Source: Malacoraja senta
Lineage: Eukaryota
Direction: 5' to 3'
NCBI GenBank assembly: GCA_038087875.1
Contig: CM075988.1
Location: 14,200,001 to 14,264,000 of the forward strand
DNA: 64,000 bases
The position numbers and the translations under genes were made by a program. The notes beneath the pieces are model-generated. The model was not told where the DNA came from and ran no database searches. It was given only the letters and a program-made list of their open reading frames with translations. Shown in pieces: positions 12,694-24,207 of this stretch. Positions within the stretch are counted from its first letter, which is position 1; every line of letters begins with the position of its first letter.

Positions 12694-13266
12694 AGGGTCT
12701 GTCCCACTTGGATGACCTAATCCACGAGTTTAGAAGACCCTAGATGAGTTGAAAAAAATGTCAAGGTCGTGTTGACTCGCCGAAGTAAAAGACCTCCTAC
12801 GACTATGTCTACGACCTCCTACGACCCCCCTCGACCTCAGTCTTCCACACCTAAGACCAACTACGACTAGCTATGAGTGGAAAATGATCACATGATAAGA
12901 TGTAATGTTTGCATTCTTTTCTCAGGCCAGTTACCGACCCACGACTACCCACGATTATCTACGACTACCTACGACTACCATCACGACCTACTACAACCTA
13001 CCCACGACCTACCTACAAGTAAAAAGTATCATTTTTTTCCATGCCGACCTTTTTTTTACTCGTGGACATTTTTTATCAGGCTGGAAAAAACGTCCGCGAC
13101 CTACTTGAGGCCATGAGTACGCGGAGACCACTCACAAGCATGAGGAAGAGTTACGAAGACCTCCTACGACCTCCTAAGACCTCGTGGCGACCATGCTGCG
13201 AGTATGAGTCAAGGGCAAACTCGGCAGAGGTCACCAATTAGGTCACCAGGAAGTGGGACAGGGGCT
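12694..13266. mobile_element. Related PIF/Harbinger-type MITE with internal (CT)ACGAC(C/T) repeats
   Basis: TIR AGGGTCTGTCCCACTT / AAGTGGGACAGGGGCT, similar to the 11034 element. TSD imperfect (TGA/TTA). Confidence 0.75.
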
Positions 13267-13676
13267 TTACTGTATTTCACAAACTGTATTTCAGTTTGAT
13301 ACAGTGACATGATCCTTTGTTACGTAAATACTTACTGCTTTAAAATCCTAAACTGTAATCTACTCAAAAACTAAAATTGTGAGAAAGATTAAAATGTTTA
13401 GCACTTCCACAAATATAATAGTCACTAAAATTGTATCCCCATTATTTTTATTAGTATGGACTAATGCAGATATGTTACCTCAAATAATTACTTTCCCTAT
13501 TTATACTCTTCTGGTTTATTTTAAAACCCTTCCCACATCAAAATTATTGTTCAATTGTAAAGAGTATTACTGTAAGCAATGGAAGCTGCTATTTTGGATA
13601 TAACAACATCCCCAGAAGCAATTTGCATGTATATCACATCTTTAATGGAATTAAAGCATTCTATAAGAATATTAAT

Positions 13677-14246
13677 TGAATTAAATCAAATTGAATACAT
13701 TTTATTAGCCAAGTATGTAAACAGTACATACAAAGAATTTGCCTTGGTGCTTTGCTCGCAAGTAACAACACGATATACCATAAACAATTAAGAAAAAAAC
13801 ATTATAATTTAAGCATGTGAAGAGTGAAGAATGAAATAAAATACCAGAGTAAAGGAGGCTACAGGCTTTTGGTTGTTGAGTAGAGCTTCTGCTCGTGGAA
13901 AAAAAGCTGTTTTTATGTCTGGCTGTGGCAGCTTTGACAGTTCAGAGTCGCCTTGCAGAGGTAAGTGCTTCAAAGAGTTTGTGGCCAGGGTGAGAGGGGT
14001 CAGAGATGATCTTACCCGCTCGCTTCCTGGCCCTTGCAGTGTACAGTTCGTCGATGAGGGGGAGGGGAAGGTTGAAGCCAACAACCTTCTCGGCTGATCG
14101 AACAATGTGCTAAAGCCTCCGGATGTCTTGCTTGGTGGCTGAGCCAAACCAGACCATGAAAGAGAAAGTGAGAACAGACAATATGATGGCAGTATAAAAC
14201 TGGACCATCATTGCCTGTGGCAGATTGTGTTTTCTCAGCTGCCGCA
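13677..14246 (-). mobile_element. Rex1/Babar-clade LINE 3' fragment
   Basis: Peptide LRQLRKHNLPQAMMVQFYTAIILSVLTFSFMVWFGSATKQDIRRL, then a SFFPRA-like motif and an aataaa tail. Confidence 0.8.
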
Positions 14247-14431
14247 GGTCCAGTTTTATACTGCCATCATATTGTCTGTTCTCACCTTCAGAGAGCCATG
14301 GTACCATTTCTATTTAACGTGAAATTACACCAACCAAAGCACAGCTGATACACTGTTACAGGGTGCAGGTCTGTGGCAGCTGAAGTTATTGCATCAACAG
14401 TGGAGTGATTCAATCTGAATTAAAGTTGATT

Positions 14432-14650
14432 AAATTCAGGAACAGTTTCTTCCCAGCTGTAATCAGGCAATCCTCTCATCAGCTAGAGAATGGTCCCGAC
14501 CTCCCATCTACCTCATTGGAAACCTTTGAACCTTCTTTAATCAAACTTTATCTTGCACTAAATGTTGTACCCTTTATCTGTACACTGTGGACGGCTTGAT
14601 TGTAATCATGCATAGTGTTATATAGTCTTAATATAGTCTGAATATAGTCT
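14432..14650 (+). mobile_element. Rex1/Babar 3'-end fragment
   Basis: FRNSFFPAVIRQ motif and a 3' UTR similar to 46170-46450. Confidence 0.65.
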
Positions 14651-14659
14651 TTCTTGTAT

Positions 14660-14857
14660 ACAAAAACAAAGAACTGCAGATGCAGGTTAATATACAAAAG
14701 TACACAAAGTGCTGGAGTAACTCAACAGGTCAAGCAGGATCTCGAGAAGACGTTTTGGGTCGAGACCTTTGAAGAAGGGCCCTGATCAGACACATCATCT
14801 GTCCATGTTCTCCAGAGATGCCACCTGACCTGCTGATTTACTCCAGCACTTTGTATC
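14660..14857. mobile_element. Penelope-like terminal repeat remnant in inverted (foldback) arrangement
   Basis: acacaaagtgctggagtaactca ... tgatttactccagcactttgt inverted arms. Confidence 0.7.
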
Positions 14858-16182
14858 CTTTTATAATATTTCAGCTTAGGAACCCAAAATTCCACACTAT
14901 CCCCCAATCTGCTCAGTTTGTCCAACGTTGCTGTTGAGAATTAAACTTACATAAATTGTTATTCAACTTACATATAAAATGCCAGATTTTGCTTTCAAAT
15001 TAGATGAATCTTTTTACATTCTAATTAATCGTTCACTAGCTGCCTACCCTAGCAGGAGCTAATTAGAGGTTTAAAAAATCAAAACACAACATCAGTGGAG
15101 GGAATGGACAGGTGACTTTTTGGGTCAGGACCTTACATTGGACTGTTGGAGTAAGGGGAAGAGAGCAGGGACTTTATGGACTAATCCTTCTGTTAATAAT
15201 GGCAAAGGCATTTCTATGGAAGCTTTACTTGTAGTACAAGTTGTACGTTAATATCCACACAATGGGATTTCAAATCTTGATATTATTGTGTACTTTTGAG
15301 ATGAGTGAATCCTTCTACATTAGAATTTTAATATAACAATGTACTTTGCAAATGACTTAATTATGAGCAAGAGTCAACCTGAAAAAAATGTTCCTCTTAA
15401 ATCTGCCTATCTTGCTGCAAGAAAAGGTGTTTGAAAATTAAATATGTAGGTGGAAATTTATATCTTATCACCAACGCTTAAAAGAAACCTGCAGAAAATT
15501 ATTGGTATTTTTGTCATTGTACAGGAAAATGTAAAATTTAATCATCTGTACCACCTGCTCTTCCGCTAAAGGTGAATATTCTGAAAGTGCTACAATCAGC
15601 CTTAAAATAATAACAAATCTCTTCTTGCAACAGAAAAACACGTCCTTTACACCCATTCAGAATAGTGACTTAAATAGGGTGACATTTAAATTTATTAAAT
15701 CGAACATTACAAATTTGACATAAGTAAACCAAAGGGGCAATACTTATTAATTTAAAAAAAAGTAATCACTACAAAATGTAATCCTCAACAGGCACCAAAT
15801 TGTTTTCTTTGTTTATCTTTTTCTAAAAGGTGAAAACTGAAAGTGGTGTCAGAAGGATTTGACATTGAGGGAGTATTTATCAAATGTAATATCAAGTAGC
15901 CCCTCTAAAATTGCCCTCAATGAGAATAAAAGTGACATTTCTCCTCTACTAAACCGAGCACAAACAAAGATGGAAATGACTCTTGAAGGGAAATGTCTCT
16001 TTCCCAGAGTATTGTTGAAGCAGTTGACTTTCTCCACCTCAGCATCATTGGTACAGATAGGAATGTGTCCTCCACCCTGCTTCCTGAGGTCACATATCCT
16101 GCTCCTTTGTCTTTCTAACCATGAGGTAAAGGTTGTTGCCCTGACATCATAACACTAAAAGCTCCATCTCCTCTCTGTACTC

Positions 16183-16380
16183 AGTTTAGTTTAGTTTAGA
16201 GATACAGCCTGGAAATAGGCCCTTCAGCCCATCGAGACTGCATCGACCAGTGATCCCCTTACACCAGCTCTATCCTACACACTAGAGACAATTTACAATT
16301 TTTACCAAAGCCAGTTAACCTACAAACCTGTACGTCTCTGGAGTGTGGGAGGAAACCGGAGCACATGGGGAAAAACCCAC
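16183..16380 (-). mobile_element. HE1-like V-SINE, 3' half, abutting a plus-strand CR1 tail
   Basis: Family match by eye. Confidence 0.75.
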
Positions 16381-18221
16381 AAGGCAGAAAGCAGGAGAAT
16401 GGGGCGAGAAGGAAAGATAGATTGGTCATGATCGAATGGCGGAGTAGGCTTTATGGGCCGAATGGCCTAATTCTGGTCTTAGAACATGAACTTACTCACT
16501 GCAATTGTTTCTTTCTCTTGGAAATGAATAGCCAACCATTTGAAGTGATACAAAATAACCGATGATCACTTTTAATTTTGGAGAGAAGTAAAATTAACCT
16601 TCAATTCCATAGCACTGAAGCACATTCCGAACCACAATTTTCCACTGACTTTCTAGGCAAATTCCCTTTGGCACAAAGAGAACCGATTATTCTCTGAGCT
16701 TCTCTAAAGTGGGGGCAAAGTTCCCTACATTCCTTTCACATTGAGGATGTTAGGATGGTTCTTCCATTGCCACAGAACACAATCAGGAGTGATTGATTGC
16801 AGCAGGAGCAGATGGAAAATGAGGCAGAAGCAGGAGAGGTATCTGAGGGAGGTCTGGAATGACCATTTGGGCCAATCTACTTGTGGCAACTTGACAATTA
16901 CTGCCCCGACCAATATAGATTGGTAGGTCTGACTTGCAGAAGCATGTTCAGAGAGAAAACATAAGGTGGACATATTTGTTGACTTTTAAAAAGCCAAATC
17001 TCACCAGTTGGTCATCAGGAATTTGGGCTCATGTATGGAATTAAATATTTATTTGCATTGGGCTGCGATGGAGATTATTAACAGCATTAATCTCCACTCA
17101 CTGTCCTGTTGCTCCTCTAACAAAAGTTGATAATTCAACCCTACACATGTAGAGACAATACGAAGTGTTACATACGTACAACCAAGGGCAGCAAACGTAT
17201 AGCAAAAAAAACTATGTGTAGCACGATGACCTTTAACCAATGTATCAGCACAATGCCCCTTATGTGATACTGAACTACTGCATTAAGAGGTGTACAATCT
17301 TGGATTTAGATTCAGTGGAGCAAATCTGGATTATATATAAAGTGGATGGATACGTAGTTGGCATCCACTTTTCTATCTCTACGTATATTTATTTTCATTG
17401 CCATCAAAAGTCAGTAGATATTTAAAATAGGCTGGTGACTCAGTAAGAAATACCAAACTCACTCCAGTCAGAAATTGATAATTCTATACTACATTTTATA
17501 TTAAAATCTTTTTTTCTTCAAGTCAGATCCATTAATTTTCCTGACATCTTTTGCACATTTTACAGGATTCATTTGGAAAAGAAAAGTAATGAAAATTCAA
17601 GCTCATCTTTTCTCGTAAAGTTACTGATCTTGCATTATGGTCAAACCTCACTATCTATCGAAAGGAAAATAAAGGCCAACATTTAGAGAACATCTTATCA
17701 CACTGCTCCAAGGAGTCTCAAAGTGTTTAACACACAATGTATTACTTTGAAGTAGAAAGAAAGTCGTTATATTGTGTAACATTACAAACTACACGGGAAA
17801 GTCATCTTAAGGATAGAGTGGCGAATTTTCCTGTAATTCCTTCCTAAAATAACTGGATAATGTTATTGCATTACATTACAAATCCAATATTACTGCAGTT
17901 CTTTTGTCATTAAATCAATATAACTTTAGGTCATGTGTCACAAGACTTTTCAAGCAGTAATGGAAGCATTGCAGCACTACACTGAAAAACATAATTGCAA
18001 AGAAAATTCAAAAAACAACATATCGATTTCATGGTCCTTGTTCATATTTCTGAATTCCTCATTCTCTCTCTCTGAACCACCTCATCCATCTGTTTGTCCC
18101 AATCTCTTGCCTGGAGACTGCTTTCCTCCTCTTGATTTCTGCCCACTGCACCATACCGCTGTTAAAACTGGGGATTCATCCCCGCCCGCTTATCTTTGGC
18201 TTTCATGCCTGACAGTATATG

Positions 18222-18405
18222 TTGGAAGGAACTGCAGATGCTGGTTTACACCGAAGATAGACACAAAATGCTGGAGTAATTCAGCGGGACAGGCAACGTC
18301 TCTGGAGAGAAGGAATGGGTGACGTTTCGGGTCGAGATCCTTCTTCAGACAGAGTCGGGGGAGAGGGAGACTAGAGATATGGAAGGGTAAGGAGGGAAAA
18401 TGACA
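18222..18405 (-). mobile_element. Penelope-like terminal repeat remnant with hammerhead core
   Basis: Minus strand CTGAAGA-AGGATCTCGACCC-GAAAC-GTC-ACCC. Confidence 0.72.
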
Positions 18406-21400
18406 GAATCTGTACAATTATGAACATAGCACCTCGCCTATTTTCCACCCCTTTTTCCATCTGGCACCTCATGCTTCAAATGTGGCAGAGTCTGTGGATC
18501 CATACAGGATGTATCATGCATGGCAGAAGCCACAGAATTGGAGTAGAGTTAGTTATTCTCAATTATGAGGGCTGTCTTCAGAGGACAAGGCCTTAAACCA
18601 ACCAATAGATGCAAGAGACCAATCTGGTTCATGAATTCATCATTAGGGAATAAAATCTGTTGTTCTCACTCTTGGATCCACAATACCATGGTTACTTCCA
18701 CTTCCATCCTGAGCCAACCCACGATAACCCCTTGCCCAAAGTCTTGAGGGAACATGCTCACTACACCCTCTGCAGCAATTCAAGAAGGCAGCTCATCATC
18801 ACCTTATCCAATCTAATTAGAGATCAGCTGTAAAATGCTGCCCTTGCCAACAAATTCCTCATTAAAACAAACTGATGGATTGTGAGTTAAAATTAATCAT
18901 TAGGAAGGAGTAACTAGCAACTGGATTGTTGCTTTGTAATGCATTGAGAATCATTTGGTTAAATATTGTTTAGTTCTCACAATATTTACTGAAGAAAACT
19001 TTAAATTGCATCTGAGAGAGGATTTCTTCATTACAGTCTTGTTTGCACTTCCTTCAACACAATACATTTTCACTCCCTCTTCATCAGAGACCCACTTAAA
19101 AAGCTTTATAGAACAGTAATGCTGATGGTAATAGCTTGCGTCAAGGGAGTTAAAGCAATAGAATCACAGAATCACAAAATGATTACAGCATGGATGGTGG
19201 CCATTATGCCAACTGTGTACATACTGGATCTAAGCATGAGCAATCCAGTTGGTCATGCTGCTCCCTTACCACGTATCCTTGCAAATTATTTACTTTCAGC
19301 TACTTGTCCATCTCCCCACTAAAGACTCCACATTAATCTCTCTCAGCAGCTGTCCTGAGCTCTACAATCCAGATCCAAACTGCTGATTTTTCTTCATGGT
19401 ACTCACTGCTGAAGGCTAGTCACCTTCATTTTATGTCCCCAGGTTTGAGGCAGTTCCACCATTGGATCTATTAATTTCCCCGAGTATAGACATATACTTG
19501 TCTACATTGTCCAAGGTTTAAAAGATCTCATGTAAAGTGAACAACCTTGCTCCTCAAGTCCATCCAAATAGTTAAGGTACTTGTCCTCAGATGAACTCTT
19601 TTGTAAGCTCTTTTGCATGTTCTCCAAAGATGTCAAATCTTTCCAGAAATGTGGCGCCTAAACAGTTGTAGCTAAACTATTGTTTCTCGCCCTCACTACA
19701 CCACTAAGTTTTGTGGCATCTGCAGATTTCGAAATTGTACCGTTTATTCCAATTCCATATTAATTAAGCTAGTGGTCCAAGCACTAACTCTTGGGCATCT
19801 CTATAAAACACTTCCATCCAGTAATAAAAATACTCAGACCTTTGGTTTCCTGCTTCTTATTCAATTCTCTTTTCTGGCTACTAGACCATCTATTATTCTA
19901 TGGGCTTTAATTGTGATGATGCCATTATTTGGAGCTGATTAAATACTTCAACAACAACATTTCACTCATTAACCTCTGTGTGAATTCATCAAAAAACTCT
20001 TTCAAGTGTAAAGCAAAGAACCAGTGTGCTTTACAGAAGGAGGTATATCAAGGATTGCTATTAGGATACATTTGTTACCTGTGTACATTATCTAGCTTCG
20101 GCATGCTGACTTGGACAACCTGAACTCCAGGTGACTTCAAGAGAATGCTTTAAGGAAGGGAGAATAAAAGAACAGAAGTAAGATTTATGAAGGCAGAGAG
20201 AAAAGGAGAAGGAAGCAAGAGAGGAATATGAGGAACAGAGCAACTCAAACTAAAGGTGTTAAGGAATAGGAGTGAGAAAATAAGATGTGGCAAATGTAAG
20301 GAACAGAACCATGAGAAGTGGCAGGGGCTGGTAATAGCAAACACAATGCAAATGTACAGAGAATAAGGAATGTATTGAAGAAGGGAACGAGGGCAAATGA
20401 GGGAGAGAAGAGCAATTAAAAAAGAGTCCCCATCATGTTACAGAGAGTGCAATGTTGCTAAAATAATTTACTCAATAAATTCAATGGGTGCTCATATCAT
20501 TTGAATTAAGTCTTCATTTTCCCATAGCTTCTGCTATCACATTGATTAGCACAGTTGAAGGTCTGACCTTGCATGAAATTGCAGAGCTTTCAAAAAAAGT
20601 ACTCGTCTACCAAATAGTGAGTGCCTCATCACCTTTTCTATCACATTCTAATTTACCAATATAGATAATTAGTAATTATAATCTAAGATGTTAATAGTGG
20701 GAAATGTTCTGAATGCTACTTTCATGTAATATTTCAGTGGGTATACCAGAATACCACAGCTTAAATCTAATTGAATCATTCAGCACTACATTATAGGAAT
20801 GATTATACAAATATACAAATTGAGAGTAGGAGTAGAAGTTGGTTACTTGACTCTGTAAGAATATGGCTGATGTCAATGTAACTTAAATTATACTGTACAT
20901 TCTCATTTATCTGTTGTAGCTATTCATTCCTTACTTTATCAAAGAATCAATCCACCTCTGCCTGAGAGGTTTTGAAAGATCTGTATCAACTGTGCTTTAG
21001 GTAGCAAGTTCTCTCCACAGCCTCCAGCTCCTCACTAAGTAGATAGTATTATTTCTAACCATATGAATTGACAGGTTGGGACCATGGAGGCTGATGTTGT
21101 CCCTATTTAAACTGGGAGCGTTGGGAGGTTGGTAGAGATGAAAGAGTAAGCACTTTACTGCCCTTATTGTCATGCATGGGGGGAGGAAGGGAAGAGAATT
21201 GGGGTTAGAGAAGGTGAGCAGCAGCAGTTTTATTGCTACAGTGCAAACCTTCAGCAACTATACTGCCCAGCCAAGCGCTGCTCTGAAATGCCAACCTAGA
21301 TTGTCTTTCCATGCACCAGAATGTGACTTTGAGCAAAAATGTTTCTCACTCAGAGGTGGGAGGGAGCTCACCCCTTCAGCTAACCTGGCAATTTCCGACA

Positions 21401-21859
21401 CAAAAAAATATTCCTATAATGTAGTGTTAAATCATTCATTTAGATTTAAGCTGTGGCAATTTCCGACACAAATAAATCATATTTAAAATTGGTGGACCCA
21501 TCGGCTTTTCTGAAAATAAAACTTCATTTGTGGAATGTGGGCCCCAACAGGAAGGTCAGCATTTATTTCCCTTCCATAATTATCTCCATGCTGTGCCATG
21601 TTATAGGGTACATAAGGGTCAACCTTGTTACTTAGAGCCTGGAGTCAAATAAAAGGCAGACCTGATAAGAATGTGAAATATTCTTCCCTAAAAGGCATTA
21701 ATCAAACAGATACACATTCCAGCCTATTCACTGTACGCATTCACCCGCTTACTTATCAAGAACCTATCAACTTTTCCTTAGAAATATTTTTAAAAAGTGG
21801 TTCCACTTTTCCAAAGATTTATGAAATGCTATATTATGAGCATTTATATTTAAAATATT

Positions 21860-22600
21860 TGGCAGACAATTTTGACATGGTTCGTAAGTTTGCGAATAAT
21901 ATCAAAACTGCTGGTGTAGGTGGACAGTGAAGAAGATTATCTAAGATGATCAGAGAATAAAGATGAATTGGGCAAGTGGACAGAGGTGTGGTAGATGGAT
22001 TTTCACTCAGTAAAGTGTGAGGTGATGTATTTTGTCCAATAAAACCAAGACAGGACTTAAACAGTAAATGGTGGGGCCCTGTAGAATATTAGGAAGCATG
22101 TCATGAAGCTAGAAAGGGTGCAGAAAAGTCTAATGAGGGTATTATGGAGTTAGATGGAGAGGCCTGATGGGCCTGGAGTGCCTGGCCAGTGAAATTCCTG
22201 GTATGTTGCAAAACATACTTGGCGAATAAAATCTGATTCTGAGTGTATGTGATTCGGGGGTGACTTTATAGAAGTGCATAAAATCATAAGGGGCACAGGT
22301 AAGGTGGATGGTCACTGTCTTTTTCTCTGGATAGGGTGATGTAAAATTAGAGGGCCCAGCTTTAAGGAGAGAAGGTGAAATATTTAAAAGATATCTGAAG
22401 GGAAACATTTCCACACAAACTATTGTGGGTATATGGAATGAGTTGACAAAGGAAGCTGCAGAGATGGTTACAATTACAATATTTAGAAGACATTTGGATA
22501 GAAAATGTTTAGATGAATATGGATCAAACTCCAGCAATTAGTTCAGATTGGCATAGACAAGTTGTGCTAAAAGGCCTGTTTCCATGCTGTGTAAGTTTAC
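21860..22600 (+). mobile_element. Degraded CR1 RT/3' fragment
   Basis: KFANNIK (FADDTK-like), KCEVMYF, then CR1 3' end. Confidence 0.7.
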
Positions 22601-24207
22601 GGTTCTGAGCAGCCAATGCAACAGATAAGATCTCAGCTTTGGCCCAGAAACATAAAGCAGAACATTTCTTTTACATTTTGTCATACATTCTCTTTGTTTT
22701 CCTGACCACCTGTTGTACATGCTACTCACAGTTTGAGCTTGAGGAGACCCAATCCAACAGTTCCATGGTCACCATCTCTGGTAATGATACGAACTTTTAA
22801 TCAAAATGTATTCAATTAAGGAACAAATACCTCCGCTGTCTACTGTATAGCCCGCCCACCAACGTAACCACTATAGTACTGTGCCTCGTACTTCACACAT
22901 CTTAACATGAGTTCAATTTAAATCGCCAAAATTAAATTATAAAATCAGTTCTTATTACAAGTTTTTCTTTTTCAAGATATTTCAAGCTCCAAAGACCACT
23001 CTACAAAACTGATCCTTCGTGTAGAAACTATTGGTTAATAGTCATTTTCAAGCTAATCAGCAAGAAAATGTTTCACATAGTTCAATAATACAGATCTAAT
23101 CTCAGTCTTCTATTGGGAAGCAACATTTGGCACATTTAACATTGTAGTTTTTGAGGTCAAACTTGAAGAAGAATATTTCTTCATTTCAATGTTGGCACAT
23201 TGGTTAAGTTAGGAATTTAATTAAGCACTACCACCACTTCTATTTGCCTATGTTGGTACAAAGTTAACATCTGAGCTGCTTAAATATCATGTCACATATC
23301 AAAACTTTCATTCTTTCACAGGACTGGCAGCAAATTAGTTTCTAAATGGAACAAGACAGTATTATTGGCTTGATCATTAACTGGTGTGCATCATTAACCA
23401 GTAGCATTAGTTCCCCAAACTGTCACACAACAGACAGATAAAGAACATTAAGAACTATTCTGCAGAAGGGATTTTTGGTTATTATAAAACAGATTAATGA
23501 TCATTGTTTTGTCTCAGTGGAAAACTCCAGAGGCTAATGGATGGGCTGTAAGTTACCACAATGGATTCAATTTGATAACTGCACAATCATCCAGGGATGT
23601 TTTGTTAATGACCTCACAAAATATACAGGGAGCTTAACTTGAAATACTTAGGTGCTAATCAACAATTAGGCACTGTATACTTGTGACACTAATGTTATCA
23701 TAAACCAATCAAAACGCAAAAGCTGAGCCATCTGTTACTCCATAAAATCTACAGCAAAATGATACATTCCAATCAACTGCCTCATGGCAAATTGATAAAG
23801 TTAATATCTCTTCATCATTGTCACAGATCATTAACAATGTATCGGGACTTTCAGTATTCAAGAGTACTAAATATGCTTCAAGAATGCATGCCCATTGGTC
23901 CAAAATATTACATATATTAGAAACATAATCACTTACTGAAGTAAAAACCACATGCTACAGCAGGGATACCAGTACCATTTCTAATCACTGACTTCACAAG
24001 GCAATGTTTCAGTCTCAAATATCTCCAAACTTTGTCCCAATATTTTTGCAGTGCTGCTCTCCAGGCACAGAGTTGGTTCTCCAGATTATTCATTGCATTA
24101 TTAAGGACAGAGGCACTCGTGTGATTAGGGTTGGGATGGGGGGAGGGAGGGAGGGAGGGAGGGAGGGGATTTTGAAACACTTTGAAACACTCACTGGATT
24201 CAAATGG

